Shown: positions 1 through 14,332, counted from the stretch's first letter. The stretch: DNA of 64,000 nt from Octopus vulgaris (GCA_951406725.2 OX597838.1:25420001-25484000); one strand, 5' to 3'. The notes: generated from the letters alone by a model not told the origin. Made by a program: numbers and translations.

Positions 1-44
1 TTGGGAAGCAAGCTTCTTACCACACAGCCACCCCTGATATGCCT

Positions 45-370
45 CTCACTGCCCTTCTTCTTAAGAATCTCGGATGAGCTGCAGAAGAGAGAAGAGATGT
101 CAGCAAATTGTCAGAAGCTACTGAGAAAGCAGGTCAATGCATCTGGCTCAAGAGAGAGACAGTGAATGATGCAGCAAGAATGAGCATTGATGATGGTAGG
201 AGGATAGAAAGATCTGACTCATTGTCATGAAATCTGATTCAGCATAGTTCATGTTATTGTGTGAGAGTTTTGTTGCTTACATCAGTGGGTGCCCCAGGGG
301 CAGTTTTGTTGTCACTTGTGGAAAGGGGTCAAAATGCCTGCAGAATTGCTTCACCACCTGATGAGGCATT
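45..370 (+). mobile_element. Decayed 3' end of an RLE-type (Hero-like) LINE
   Basis: Translates LLLKNLG*AAEERRDVSKLSEATEKAGQCIWLKRE, resembling the Hero-clade ORF C-terminus (L.DLG...R....LSE.AE..S.W.W..R). Family assignment is from memory. Confidence 0.45.
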
Positions 371-534
371 GACCCTCTTGCATTCAAAGACAGAATAGAA
401 TACAGCAGAACTCTCACCACACAAATGTTTACCGTAAATGTAGATAAGGACTTGTATTTTCTCTTGTCTCTTCAAGAGTCTCAGATTAGCTGCAAAGAAG
501 AGGAAAGATGTCAGAAAATTGTCAGAATCATTAC

Positions 535-1445
535 TGTCATCACCACTACCATCATCATCACCATTGCCATCACCATTGTCATCACCACTGCCATCATCAT
601 CATCGCCATCACCATCATCATTGTCATCACCACTGCTACCGTCATCATCATCTCCACTACTCTTCCTGCTACCATCCTAACCACCTATACCACCACCACT
701 ATAGTTGTCGTCATACGTTAGTCAGCAGGTTTTTTTTTTATATATTTCGTTCAATATATCAATTTTTTTTTCCTTCCATATTTCTTTTTTAATGTGGAAT
801 TAATGTGATGATAGGATATTGGGGAAGAGAATCGGCTCAGCACCACTTACTACAACAGCAACAACCCAACACTACCACCACCACCACCAGCACCACTGTC
901 ACTGCCACCAATACTGTGGTTGCTAGCACCGCTATCACCACCACCACCACCACCACCATTACAAATACTGTTGTTAGCAGCATCATCACCACCAACTCTG
1001 TCACTAATACTGTAGATACTAGCACCTTTACTACCACCACCAATACTGTGGTTACTAGCAATACTATCACTGCCACCACCACTACAATTACTGCCACCTA
1101 TACCATCACCATCTTAAATATGACCATTAATACTACCTTCAGTACCACTTCCACCACCAACATCTCTACTACGACTATTATCGTTGGAAACAGACTGATG
1201 TTACCACCACCACCACCACCACCTCTACTACCAATTGCTCCACTGATATGATTGAGTGTTATGATACACCACCACTCACACCAGCTTTTTCTCCAGTGAC
1301 TACAGCAATATCAATATAATATATAATATAATACAATACAGCAACATACCACCACCACCAGCACTACTGGCACCAATACCACAACCACCACCACCACCAC
1401 CGCCACCACCCAGCAGCAACAACAATGGCAGCAACATCATCAATA
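535..1445. repeat. Degenerate (CAT/CAC/ACC)n trinucleotide low-complexity tract
   Basis: Directly visible. It produces the spurious poly-His and poly-Thr ORFs. Confidence 0.9.
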
Positions 1446-1683
1446 TGAACAGAGCATAAATGAAATTGTTACTTTCTCACAAACAATTTTTAACCAGTGC
1501 TCAATAGTGCACACATGCAGATATCGCATATCCATACGCATGGCAACATATCGCATGCGAAGCTATTACCCATTATGATAGCATATCTTATGTGAGATTG
1601 ATGCGGCTATTAACCCATACGTAGCTTTTGGTGTGATGATACGCTCTCATATCACATCCCCATACACATACACGTATATATAT

Positions 1684-1721
<38 letters not shown>

Positions 1722-1939
1722 GTGCGTGTGTGTGTGTATACACACACATATATATATAATATATACATGTGTTTGTATGTGTGTGTGCCGCATCATACGC
1801 AACCATCACACATTCACACTCACATCCGCATGGGTGTATCATGCGCTATCGTATGTATCATATGCGTAACCAGCAACTATTGACAGTCACATCCATCACT
1901 TGTGTGTGTGTGTATGTATTTACATGTACTTCTTTTGTC

Positions 1940-2500
1940 TTTTCTTTTACTTGTTTCAGTCATTTGACTGCGACCATGCTGGAGCACTGCCTTCAGGGGT
2001 TTTAGTCAAACAAATCGTCCCCAGGACTTATTTTTTTAAGCATAGTACTTATTCTATCAGATTTTTTTTGGCTGAACCACTAAGTTACAGGGATGTAAAC
2101 ACACCAACATCGGTTGTCAAGTGGTGATGGGGTGGTACAAACACAGACACAAAGACACATACACATAGATACTTATATACGTGGGCTTCTTTCAGTTTCC
2201 ATCTACCAAATCCACTCACAAGGCTTTGGTTATCCTGAGGCTATAATAGAAAACACTTGCTCAAGGTGCCACACAGTGGGACTGAACCCAGAACCATTTT
2301 TATCTTTTACTTGTTTCAGTCATTAGATTGCGGCCATGCTGGAGCCACACCTTGAAGAATTTTAGTCAAGTGAATTGATCTTGGTACTTATTACTTTTTG
2401 TAAAGCCTGGTACTAATCTATCGGTCTCTTTTGCCAAACTGCTAAGTTATGAGGGTGTAAACACACCAGGGCTGGTTGTCAAGCGGTGGTGGGGAACACA
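1940..2500 (-). mobile_element. Two tandem partial copies of tRNA-derived SINE family A
   Basis: Share the motifs cttttacttgtttcagtcat, ccatgctggagcac, ctaccaaatccactcacaaggctttggt and cagtgggactgaacc with more than 15 other copies in the window. Confidence 0.85.
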
Positions 2501-2607
2501 CACACACACACACACACTTTGACCTTTTCTTATTGGCAACTGATTATCTTGTAGATTGTACTGTATTGTGTGTGTGTGTGTATATGCATATTTATATATG
2601 TATGTAC

Positions 2608-2651
<44 letters not shown>

Positions 2652-2779
2652 CCCTACATATCCATGCTTTTGTGGGTCAGATGAAATTTGTTGAGGCCGG
2701 TTTTCTATGACCAGATGCTTCCTATCACCAACCCATACCTGTTTCCAAGCAAGGCAATATTTTCCCTGGGTCAGATATG

Positions 2780-2895
2780 CCTGTAGATCCTTTCTCACCA
2801 CTTTGCCACACGTCTTCCTGAGTCTACCCCTTCCACATGTCCCATCTACCATTTGAGATTGGCACCTCTTAATGCAGGTGTCTTCATTCACATAT
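2780..2895 (-). mobile_element. RTE-clade LINE ORF C-terminal fragment
   Basis: Translates MNEDTCIKRCQSQMVDGTCGRGRLRKTCGKVVRKDL, matching the G...RGRPRKTW..VV..DL terminus of RTE elements. Confidence 0.7.
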
Positions 2896-3714
2896 TTCTT
2901 AATATCATATGTGTGTGTGTATATATAGATTGTTTGAAGTGGTGTACAGATTTTTTATATTAAAACAAAGAAGGTAGTCAGAAGTTGGGTAAAGACTATT
3001 TATTTAGTGTTTTTGTCCTTTTAAGGATCCATCCAGAATGATTTCTTATAGAAAATTCATACCATTTTTTATAAATATATGTCAACTGCTTGAAAAAAGA
3101 GAAGTCTGGAGTTAAATTTGCTTGGAGTTAAATTTGTTTCTGGAGTGGTTATTTGAGATGTTATTTGAATCAATATAGGTGCTTAACACTCTCAGTCACA
3201 ATTAGTGATGATAAAATTTTTCCTTTAAGGTGTATATATATATATATATATATATTAGAAGAAATGAGGTACTCAGAAAATCGGATGGTTTATATTTACA
3301 GATATTTATTTGTATATTACATTTTTTATACATCATATAACTTAGATCATGTATTAGCGCTTTCTCCCATTCTAGTGGAGTTTTCAAATCAAACTAAGTT
3401 CCTGTGTGAAAAGTGTTGAGACCATTTTATAGTGTTATTGAGTTTGTAGTGGTGGGGAGGAATATAAGACAGTATAAGAGGGTAATGGATGAGGAGAAAG
3501 TGAGAGAGAGAGCATGTGTGTGTATGCGTGCATGTGTGTGTGTGTTTTTGTATATATATATATATATATATATACAGAGAGAGAGAGAGAGAGGGGCAGA
3601 GACAGTATATTTTATACTTCAGTTTGTCATAGCAAAGAAGGCATTCAAAATTCCAGATGGTCGTTACTTGCTATCAACACTCAGTACTCACTCTCAACAC
3701 TCAGCAAAGCTACT

Positions 3715-4190
3715 GACAGACAGACAGACATACTGGATTGCAGACTGATTGATATATTGGGTCACTGGTTGACTGGGTCATTGACTGACTGACATGCTGA
3801 ATCATTGATTGACAAACTGGGCTGTTGATTGTCATTGACCGTCATACTGTTTGACATGCTGGATCATTGACTGATTGACTGACTTGGTCATTGATTGAGT
3901 CATTGACTGACTGACATACTGAATCATTGATTGACTAACTGTGTGATTGATTGATTGATTGATATACTGGGTTAAGGAACTAACTGATAATGTGACTGAT
4001 AGCTAATAATGCTGAGTTCTTGACTGATTTTGGGTCCTTGAATGACACACTGGGTTAGTGACCCTTTGATTGGTATATTAGATCAAGTGCTTGATTGCCT
4101 GATGTGACCCATCACTGACAAACTGATAGTCCATGTCATTGATTAGCTGATATACTGGGACACTGATTGTTTGATATGCTAAATCTCTGA
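3715..4190. repeat. Degenerate (GACT/GATT)n-based minisatellite with a recurring atactgggtcattga motif
   Basis: Repeated variants of tgactgactgacatactgggtcattga are visible. Confidence 0.7.
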
Positions 4191-4655
4191 CTTCCTAAGT
4201 TACCAGGTTGGATTCAGTAGACAGAAACTGAAGGAGTCTCTTGTACGTGTGTGTGTGTGTGTGTATCCTTGTTTAGCCATCACTTGATGGTTGTAAATGA
4301 GCATCATTGTCATACAAGTGAGGTTGTTTGGTTCCAGTCCTCCATAAGAAATACATCTGGCTATGAGAAAATGTTACCTTGCTTGAAAACAGGTGAGGGT
4401 TAGTCACACATGTGGGAAACTGGCTGTGGAAAAACTTGACTCAACAAATTCTGTCTGACCCATGGAAGCATGGAAAATTGGGTGTTAAATGATGATGAGG
4501 ATTTCATATATATATATATATATATACATATATATATACACACACCCAAGTAAGCACATAAATATGAAACAAGGTGGGAAAAAATAGTACGCAGAAATAG
4601 TACGCAGATACCAGAGGTAGAGTAATATGCTTTAATAATAAAGTATGTATATTTT

Positions 4656-4692
<37 letters not shown>

Positions 4693-5291
4693 AATCAGGA
4701 TTCAAGTGTATCAGGCACTTAAATGGTAAGGCACTGGGTCAGGTTGGAAAGTAAAATGTGTACACAACAGAAACAGAGGAACTCATACACGGGTACTGTA
4801 TTCAGGTTATGTATACGATTAACTGTACCCCTCTGAGCATATCAATAGTCTTGAGGCTAATCAAGAAACACACATTGTACTAAATGCCTGGTTCATAATA
4901 TGCTTTGGATTTATGCAAGGAATAGGTTCTGATTGATGGAGACATTACATCATAATGAAAAACTGTTTTCATCAGGTGAATACATGAACCACAAAATTCA
5001 AGAGCATTCAGAATCTAATGGGACGTGCACCTTTATGATTCCATGACCCTTGTTGGTCATAGAATTCTATATATATATCATCAACATCACCCTGTCCACT
5101 GTCAGTTGGAATTTGTTAAGACAGTTTACTACGGTTGGATGCCTGTTTTGTCAGCAACGGTCACCTGTCTCTAAGTGAGGTAATATTTCCCAATGACCAG
5201 ACATGTTTTCACAAGATTGGAAATGACACACACTGCTTTTATGATGGTCACATTTGTTTACAACTATCATATGATGTTGAGACAAGGTGAC

Positions 5292-5327
<36 letters not shown>

Positions 5328-6023
5328 ACTACAGACAGCTTTCAGTTTCTGTCTATCAAGTCCTCAAATTCACTCACAAGACTTTTGTTGACCTGGGGAG
5401 TATAGTTGAAGACACTTGCCTAAGGTGCTCTGCAGTGTGACTGAACTTGGAGCCCTATGGTTTACAAGCAAACTTCTTACCACACAGCTATGCCTATATA
5501 TATATATATGTACACACACATATATGTGTATGTGTGTGATTCCATTTTTACTGTTCTTTCCACTTTTCCCTCTCAACTCTTTCTGTCAAAGAGCGTACAC
5601 TGGAAATGTCAAAGACTTTTCCATTCTTCCTGAACGTCTAACTAATACACCTGCTTGTTGTTCCTTCACTTGTCTTTGCTTTTTGTTTTCTGTAAATTTT
5701 AACCACACACACACACATATGTGTATGTATGTGTATATATGTATATATATATATATATAGAGACCAAAGTATACGTATGCCGCTATATATATAAAAATAC
5801 AAAGTGGGACAAGAACACAAAACATCCGGACAGTTATGTGATACAAAAATGGGACAACAAATGTATACATAGTGCAACTATATACTAAAAGTTCATATAT
5901 AGGTGCATGCATGTATGTATGTATGCATGTATGACTGTGTGCATGTATGTGTATGTATACATATATGTATATATACACACATACATGCACACACATACTC
6001 ATGTATGTATACAAACATGTATA

Positions 6024-6070
<47 letters not shown>

Positions 6071-7134
6071 GCACATACATATATGTATGTGTATATATAC
6101 ATGTTTGAAAGCATATGTACAAACACACACACACACATATACATACTCATATATATGGACATATATGTGTATATATATATATATATATGCACACATATAT
6201 TTATCTTTGCTGAAGTTGTACACATACGTTTACACACCTGCATATAAATACACTTGCATACACCTATAATCACACCTGTGTGCATACATATACTTGCATA
6301 CAACTCTATAATGCACAGTTGTATATGCACACACACACATCTATACATACTGGTATGCACTTACAATCACATACTTACATGCACCCACATGTGCATACCT
6401 ATACAGACATACCTATATACACATGCATATTAATGCATGCACAGACTTATACACGTGCATAGCTAAGCACTGAATCCTTTATTGACACACCTATGTTAAT
6501 GCTTACCAATCTCTCTCTGTATGCACACACCCATACACACACACACACACTCATACACAAACATGCATGCATATATGCATTATCTATAAACATGTGCATA
6601 CATTCACACTTGCATGTGCATACAGCCCTATACATAAGCACATGCATACATATGTGCACACACTTGTATTGACACACCTATTGTTATGCACACACCTGCA
6701 CACACGTCCACCCATACACACACACACACATGTATACACGTGCATACACACACATACACACACATACACAGCTGTATACATGTGATGCTGTAATGCAGTA
6801 ACTCTGACCTCCACAATTACCACCACCACCATCCCAACAACTGACAAGCTGGTCACCTTGCATGCCTCTCTCTCTCTCTCCCTCTCTTTATCTGTCTGTC
6901 TGTCTGTCTCTCTTTCTCTGTCTATCTATCTATCTATCTATCTATCTGTTTTTCTCACTCCCCTTCTGTGTTAGATGGCCATCCTTTTTCCATGAACATC
7001 TGATTGCTCTTTTGTATGTCTTCCCATTACTTTGTCTGTTTGTCAGTCAGTCTACATGTCTCATCTTTCCTGTATTGGTTTGTCTGTCTCTCTCTCTGTC
7101 TCTTTCTCACTGTTAGGCAACATTTCTCTGTCTA

Positions 7135-7680
7135 TCCCACTGCTCTCCTTGTCTCTGTCCATCTCACTGCTCTCCTTGTCTCTGTCTCTCTCTCACTGCT
7201 CTCCTTGTCTCTGTCTCTCTCACTGCTCTCCTTGTCTCTGTCTCTCTCACTGCTCTCCTTGTCTCTGACCATCTCACTGCTTTCCTTGTCTCTGTCCATC
7301 TCACTGCTCTCCTTGTCTCTATCTCTCTCACTGCTCTCCTTGTCTCTATCTCTCTCACTGCTCTCCTTGTCTCTGTCTCTCTCACTGCTCTCCTTGTCTC
7401 TGTCTCTCTCACTACTCTCCTTGTCTCTATCTCTCTCACTGCTCTCCTTGTCTCTGTCTCTCTCACTGCTCTCCTTGTCTCTGTCTCTCTCTCGCTGCTC
7501 TCCTTGTCTCTGTCTCTCTCTCTCAATGCTCTCCTTGTCTCTGTCTCTCTCTCTCAATGCTCTCCTTGTCTCTGTCTCTCTCACTGCTCTCCTTGTCTCT
7601 GTCTCTCTCACTGCTCTCCTTGTCTCTGTCTCTCTCACTGCTCTCCTTGTCTCTCTCTCTCTGTTTGTCACTGCTCTGTC
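7135..7680. repeat. 27-bp minisatellite (ctcactgctctccttgtctctgtctct)n, about 20 copies
   Basis: Direct tandem repeat, with a 9-aa period in the spurious ORFs (ERDRDKESS). Confidence 0.95.
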
Positions 7681-9715
7681 TCTCTGTATCTATATATGCG
7701 TCTTTCTTTCTATCACACACACTCTCTCTCTCTCTCTCACACACTTTCTTTCTCTCTCTCTCTCACACACACACACGCACACTCTGTCTCTCTCTCTGCA
7801 TCATTTCTAACTTTCTGTTTCTCTCTCTCTCTCTTTCTCTCTCTCACATGCACACACACACTCTCTTTCTCTCTTACCCACACACATACCCTTTGCATGT
7901 ATTTCTGATTCCCTCTCTCTCTCTCTCTCACTCCCTCATTTGTCTCTTTCTCCCTCTCTCTATCTCCCCTCTCTTTCTCCCTTCCTCTCTCTGTCTCAAT
8001 TTGTCTCTGCCTCTCTTTTTGTTTCTGTTTTCCTGTCCTATGTGCACTGGGTTCTATGCACGTTATTCTCTGTTTACCTGTCTGTTTACCTGTCTGTCTG
8101 GCTCTGTCCTTTGTGTTGTTTGTCCACTATTGTCTGTCTGTCTTGCACATTCACTTTCCATTCATTTGCCCTTCTTTGTGCCTGTCCATTTATACACCTA
8201 ACCAACCATCAATCTGCTGCCTATTTACCCATCATGCTTTTGTCCACTTAATTATGTGCCCACCTGTCTACCTGTTCACCTGTCCACCTGTCTGTTTCTT
8301 TACCATTGCATACCCATTTACTCATCCACCTGTCAATTTGTTCACCTGTCTACTTGTCTACTTCCCTGTCCACCTAATTACCTATCTGTCTACCTACCTG
8401 TCCACTTGTCTGGCTGTCCATCCATCCATCCATCCACCTGTCTGTTTGTCCATCCAGTTATGCCACTCTCCTTTCCTCCCTCTCTCCCTCCTCTCTCTTG
8501 GTTCTGTCTCCTCTTCTTTCTTGCCCCCACTCCCACCACGTGATGCAGTTTGCTCTATCTGCATCTGGTCATATGATATTATAATGCATCCAGTGATGTA
8601 ATGACTGCACACTGCTGGCTGCATCACTGCATCAGTGTGTATGTGTGTGTGTGTGTGTGTGTGTCACTCTTTCTCTCTGTGTGTCTGCATGCGCATGCAT
8701 ATGTGTTTGTGTGAGATATTGTTTATGCATTCATACTGTGTGTTTATGTATGTTTGTATATGCACGTGAAGGATTTCCTGTGCACCTGTGTGTGTGTGTG
8801 TGCATGTGTTTGTAATTTCCTGTATGTGTTTGTGTGTTTAATTTCCTATATATATATGTGTGTGTATGTATATATGTGTGTGTGTGTGTGGTGTATATTT
8901 GTATTTGTGTGGTATGTCAGATTCAGTATGTGTATATATATATACATACACACACAGATGTGCATATTTATGTATGTTTCTGTGTTTGCATGCTTGTGCA
9001 TAGTGAGTCCATGTGTGTGTGTATATTTGTGAATGCATATGGGTGCACATGTATATATATATGTTTACAAGTATATACATCTGTGTGAATGATTGCAGTT
9101 ATGCATGTGTGTGTACATATGCATTTACAAAACTATATGTGCATCTATATTTGCATACATGCATATGTATAGATTCACAAAACTGCATGTAGGCATGTAT
9201 ATTTGCACATATGCATTTCTGCACATGTGCATTTCTGCACATGTGCATTCATTTGTCCATGTGTGAAAGCATTCATGTGTATCTGTATGTCTGCACTTTT
9301 GGGGATGTCTGCATGTATGCACATGTATGCACATTGCTGTGATTATAAATTTTTTTGCTACTGTTGGAGAATAGGAAGCATGGAGCAATGCGTCAGTGAT
9401 GTAATACCCTATTCAGCAAACCTATGCTCCAAGACATTCCAGCATGACCATCCTGTCTTTCATTCAATTATAATATTCATCTAGGATTACATGAACTTAT
9501 GCATCCTTCCTCTTTGTTTTTTTTTTCTTTTTAAGCAGTAGGTTAAACTTTGAGGAAAATTTGGCTGTTATTTCTACCAGATTGAAGTCGTCATTGTCTT
9601 AGGTACTGTTGTACTGTTAGCAATGTTTAACCCTGAGTTGACTCAGATTGAGCAAATCTATTGACCTATGACATTCTGTATATCAAACTACATTATGCAA
9701 CGTATCCATTTTTAA

Positions 9716-9936
9716 CCCTTTCACTACCAACCTGGCTGAAACCGGCTCTGGCTCTTTAAAATAAATGTCTTGTTTTAATAAGTTTTGAATTTAAATCTTC
9801 CACCAAATCTTAGTTTAAATTTATGTTCCTAACACTAGCTTAATGATAACGAAGTTAATTTACTAAATTCTTTGTTATTTATAAAATAATTGAAAGAAAC
9901 ACAGAGCATCTCAAAATAAATACAGTAATGAAAGGG
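9716..9936. mobile_element. piggyBac-type MITE, copy 1
   Basis: TTAA|CCCTTTC...GAAAGGG|TTAA ends, 221 bp. Reverse-complement homologue of 11818-12037. Confidence 0.85.
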
Positions 9937-10799
9937 TTAAAGACAGAAGGGTGTGATTTGAAGGAGATGTGGGTGCTATTTCTAGCATGTTGAGTAATCA
10001 CTTAGCGGTCTCTTAATTTTGTATTGTTAGAGGTGGTGATGATGATGATGGTGGTGGTGTTGGTGGCAATGGTGGTGGTGGTGGTGGTGGTGGTAGTAGT
10101 GCTGTTGATGGTGGTGGTGATAGTGGTTATGGTGTTGTTAGGATTTGTCACCACTAGTGTCAATAACAACAGTAGATGTTGTCTAGTCCTAGGTCAGGCA
10201 TGTTCAAGCAGGTCTATAGTTTGGGATGTCCCGGCCCATGACCACTCTTTTTTTTTTGTGCATCATCATCATCACCATTCCATGATGGTGATCATCACCA
10301 CCATCATCACTACCATCATCATCACCACCATCATCACTACCATCATCATCACCACCTCCTCTGCTACTCATTACCATCACATCTATTATCATCTTCATCA
10401 TCAACACCACCACCACCACCACTACCTGGTTTCCTTCCATGATGTTATGACAGATAGAGGAGGGGCCCATAACTACAATTCTACCTTCATCCACACATCC
10501 ACCTGTACACACATACACACACAGAGAACTTCTACTATCTGACCATCTGTGAGGTCCAATATTTCTAAATTCCGATGTTCACTTCATCTTTCCTGTTCTT
10601 GAAATATTCTGCCTCTGTTGTATGAAGTAAATTTTCCATGGTTGACATCTCCACTCCTTTTTCTCTCACACTAAACTTGTGTGTCTAGCCATACTGTAGC
10701 TACACACCACTTCAATATATTTCTACATCAGCTGTATATCCAGCCATGCTATGTCTACATACCATTTCTGTGTGTGTGTGGTGTGTATATGTGTGTGTT

Positions 10800-10908
<109 letters not shown>

Positions 10909-10939
10909 AACCTTGAAAAGTTAAACCATTAAAAGTGAA

Positions 10940-11178
10940 ACTATTATATTACATTACTATAGAAATGTTATTGTTTGACTTTTGACACGTAATACCGAAA
11001 TCTAAGAGATTCTTCTGGGCTTGCATTAGGCAAGAGGTTGAAAAATTTTTGGCCCATGACACCCCATGAACCCTAAGTAATGTATGTGTAAAATTTGAAT
11101 TAAATCGGTTGGGTAGTTCTGGGGTTTTGGTGATGCACATATACTGACAGATAGACAGACAGATACACATTCTCAGTT
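10940..11178 (-). mobile_element. Possible non-autonomous Helitron-like fragment
   Basis: The motif aaaatttgaattaaatcggttgggtagttc followed by (acag)n resembles Lep1/DINE-type elements. No termini were confirmed. Confidence 0.4.
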
Positions 11179-11179
11179 G

Positions 11180-11372
11180 TGTATGTGTTTGTCCCCCAAC
11201 ATCGCTTGACAACCGATGCTGGTGTGTTTATGTCCCCGTAACTTAGTGGTTTGGCAAAAGAGACTGATAGAATAAGTACTAGGCTTACAAAAAATAAGTC
11301 CTGGGGTCGATGTGCTCGACTAAAGGCAGTGCTCCAGCATGGCCACAGTCAAATGACTGAAACAAGTAAAAG
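11180..11372 (+). mobile_element. SINE family A, 3' half
   Basis: Runs from gcttgacaaccgatgctggtgtg to cagtcaaatgactgaaacaagtaaaaga. Confidence 0.85.
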
Positions 11373-11596
11373 AGAGAGAGAGTATATATATATATATATC
11401 CAAAATTTATAAGGAGTGGAATAGGTAGAATATAGGCTACATATGTTTCTTAACTAGTTCATTATGTTTTACACAATAAACACTCCTCAGTGTAGCTAGT
11501 TATTTTATTGTATACTGTCCACTTTTTGTTCTCTCTACTAGCCTATTGTTTGAAGCTAACTATCCTCCAACTCTCAGATCCCTAGATTATACTCGC

Positions 11597-11636
<40 letters not shown>

Positions 11637-11817
11637 AGCATATACATAGATGGGTGTGTGTGTGTGTATGCATTTATGTTGTATTTGTTCCTTGCTATCA
11701 CTTGCCTACTGGTGTTGGCTTGTTTACATCCCCATAACTTAGTAGTTAGGCAAAAGAAACCAACAGATTAAGTACCAAACTTAAAAAATAAATACTATAT
11801 GTGTTTCTAGTCTTTAA

Positions 11818-12037
11818 CCCTTTCGTTACTGTATTTCTGTTGAGGTGCTCTGTATTTCTTTCAATTACTTTAAATATAACAAAGAATTTAGTAAAATAAC
11901 TTAGTTGTCATTCAGCAAGTGTTAGGAACATAAATCATGATTAAGGTTTGGTGAAAGATTTCAATTCAGAACTTATGAAAACAAGACATTTGTACTCAGA
12001 GCCAGAGCCGGTTTCAGCCGGGTTGGTAACAAAAGGG
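11818..12037. mobile_element. piggyBac-type MITE, copy 2, inverted relative to copy 1
   Basis: TTAA|CCCTTTCG...AAAAGGG|TTAA ends, 220 bp. Confidence 0.85.
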
Positions 12038-12048
12038 TTAATCATATT

Positions 12049-12495
12049 CTTTTCTACTCTAGGCACAAGGCCTGAAATTTTGGGGGAGGGGCCAGTTGAT
12101 TAGATTGACTCCAGTATGCAACTGGTACTTAATTTATCATCCCCGAAAGGATGAAAGGCAAGTTGACCTCGGCGGAATTTGTACTCAGAATGTAAAGACA
12201 GATGAAATACCACGAAGCATTTCACCCAGTGTGCTAACGTTTCTGCCAGCTCTTCACCTTTTATATTTCGTAAGAAAGAATAATCCTTTCTACTATAGGC
12301 ACATAGCCTGGATTTTGTGGGGAAGGGAACAGTTGATCACATTGACCCCAGTACTTAACTGATACTCAATTTATCAACTCTGAAAGGATGAAAGGCAAAG
12401 TCGACCTTGGCAGAATTTGAACTCAGAGCGTAGCGACGGACGAAATACTGCTAAGCTTTACATCTAGCGTCCCAATGATTCTGCCAACTCGCTGC
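12049..12495 (-). mobile_element. Two tandem copies of SINE family B (Nin/Deu-domain-like core)
   Basis: The reverse complement contains gagttcaaattc.gccgaggtcgactttgcctttcatcctttc.gggtcgataaattaagtaccag, which resembles the Nin/Deu central domain behind a B-box-like gagttcaaat. Confidence 0.85.
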
Positions 12496-14019
12496 CTAGT
12501 CTTTAATCATATTGCATACCTGTTCAACATGTGATGTTTATTGATGGGTAAATCTGAGCACCCATGCATATATGCATGTGTGCATATATGCAAATGCATA
12601 CATGTACACATATGAACATCATCATCATCATCAACCCTTGGACATTATTGTTTCAAGTCCTAGAACTCTAGTGTTGGTTACCTGGTTTTCATGGTGTATA
12701 AATGGTTGAGATCACAGTACTCTCAGACAAAGCTTTGGTCGCCCTGAAGCTATAGTAGAAGACACTTCCCCAAGGTACCCATGCAGTGAGACAGAACCTG
12801 GTACTATATGGTTTGGAAGCAAGCTTCTTACCACACAGTCATGCCTGTGGCTATCTAAGTAAGATTTTAAAGACCCCCTCACCATAATAATTTTATGTAG
12901 AACCAATATGTTGTACAACTGAATAAGGTCCATAACCCTGCCTGCTTTGGTTTACCACCGCTGTATGATATTATGACCTTTGGGTGTCTTTAACAGAATC
13001 CATTCTGTTACAAACAAGTCTTTGGTGTTCTTTTTTTTTTTCCATCTCTTTTCTCCTACCAAACTGAGAAACCTCTCTTCCCCACTTCCATTCCCCTGCA
13101 AAAAGGTTCATCGGTGCTGCGATTTCTCTTCCTGACCAAGCCATAAAAATAAAAAAAATAAGTAAAATAAAGTGAGAGAGAATGAGAAAGAGAGAGACAG
13201 AGAGAGAGAGTCAGTTCAGTTTGCTTTGGTGATCCATGGGAAATTCTAAGAAAAACAAATCACAGCCTGTATATAAACAACAAAAAATAGCAGCAATAAC
13301 CACCACCACAGTAACAATAACAACAACGGTAAATGTTTAAGCAACAAAATACAATAACAACAGCAACAGTTCAGACATCTGTTGCAGAGATCGATATGTG
13401 CAATACAATTGAAACCAGCTAAATAAAGAGAGAGAGAGAGAGAGAGGTGGTGGTGGTGATGGTGATGTTTATGGTGGTGGTGATGGTGATGTTTGTGGTG
13501 TTTGTAGTGGCAGTGGTGGTGTGGTGGTGATGGTGGTGGTGGTGTTTGTGGTGGTGGTGATGATGATGTTTGTGGTGGTGATGGTGATGTTTGTGTTGGG
13601 TGGTGGTGGTGGTGTTTGTGGTGTTAGTTGGGGAATGTTTGAGTGAAATACGTAAACTATAGCTAGCTATGTAACATGCATACATATAAATGCACTTGCC
13701 CACATACACACACAGTCCTAACATATACTACCACCACCACGGCTGGCGTCATCGTTGTTGTCATCATCATCATCATTGCCACCATCACCAAAAACAACCA
13801 CCATGTTGCTGCTGCTGATGCTATTGTCATCATTGTTGTTGTTGTCATCATTGTCACCACCACCACTGTTGCACCACTGCTCTCGTCATCATCATCGTCA
13901 TTGTCATCACCACTACCATCATCATTAGAACACAGAAATACACCTACACACTAACTACTTGCACATGCAAGGACACACACATACACACACATTTTATCAT
14001 CATCATGATCATCATCGTT

Positions 14020-14332
14020 GAGGCGCAATGGCCCAGTTGTTAGGGCAGTGGACTCGCGGTCGGAGGATCGTGGTTTCAATTCCCAGACCGGGCATTGTGT
14101 GTATTTATTGAGCGAAAACACCTAAAAGCTCCACGAGGCTCCTGCAGGGGGTGGTGGTGACCCCTGTTGTGCTCTTTTGCCACAACTTTCTCTCACTCTC
14201 TCTTCCTGTTTCTTGAGTAACGCTGTGATAGACTAGCATCCCGTCCAACTGGGGGGAACACATGTGCCAGAGAAACCGGGAAACCAGGCCTATGAGCCTG
14301 GCTAGGCTTGAAAAGGGTGCATAAAAAAATAA
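14020..14332 (+). mobile_element. tRNA-derived SINE family D, near full length
   Basis: tRNA-like head with A-box-like (tggcccagttgttagg) and B-box-like (ggtttcaattccc) motifs and an A-rich tail. An inverted homologue lies at 24956-25267. Confidence 0.85.

Noticed and set aside
14020-14095. tRNA-like sequence, also at about 25195-25267 on the minus strand
   Set aside because: It is the head of a SINE: it continues into a shared body and A-rich tail, and lacks a clean acceptor stem.
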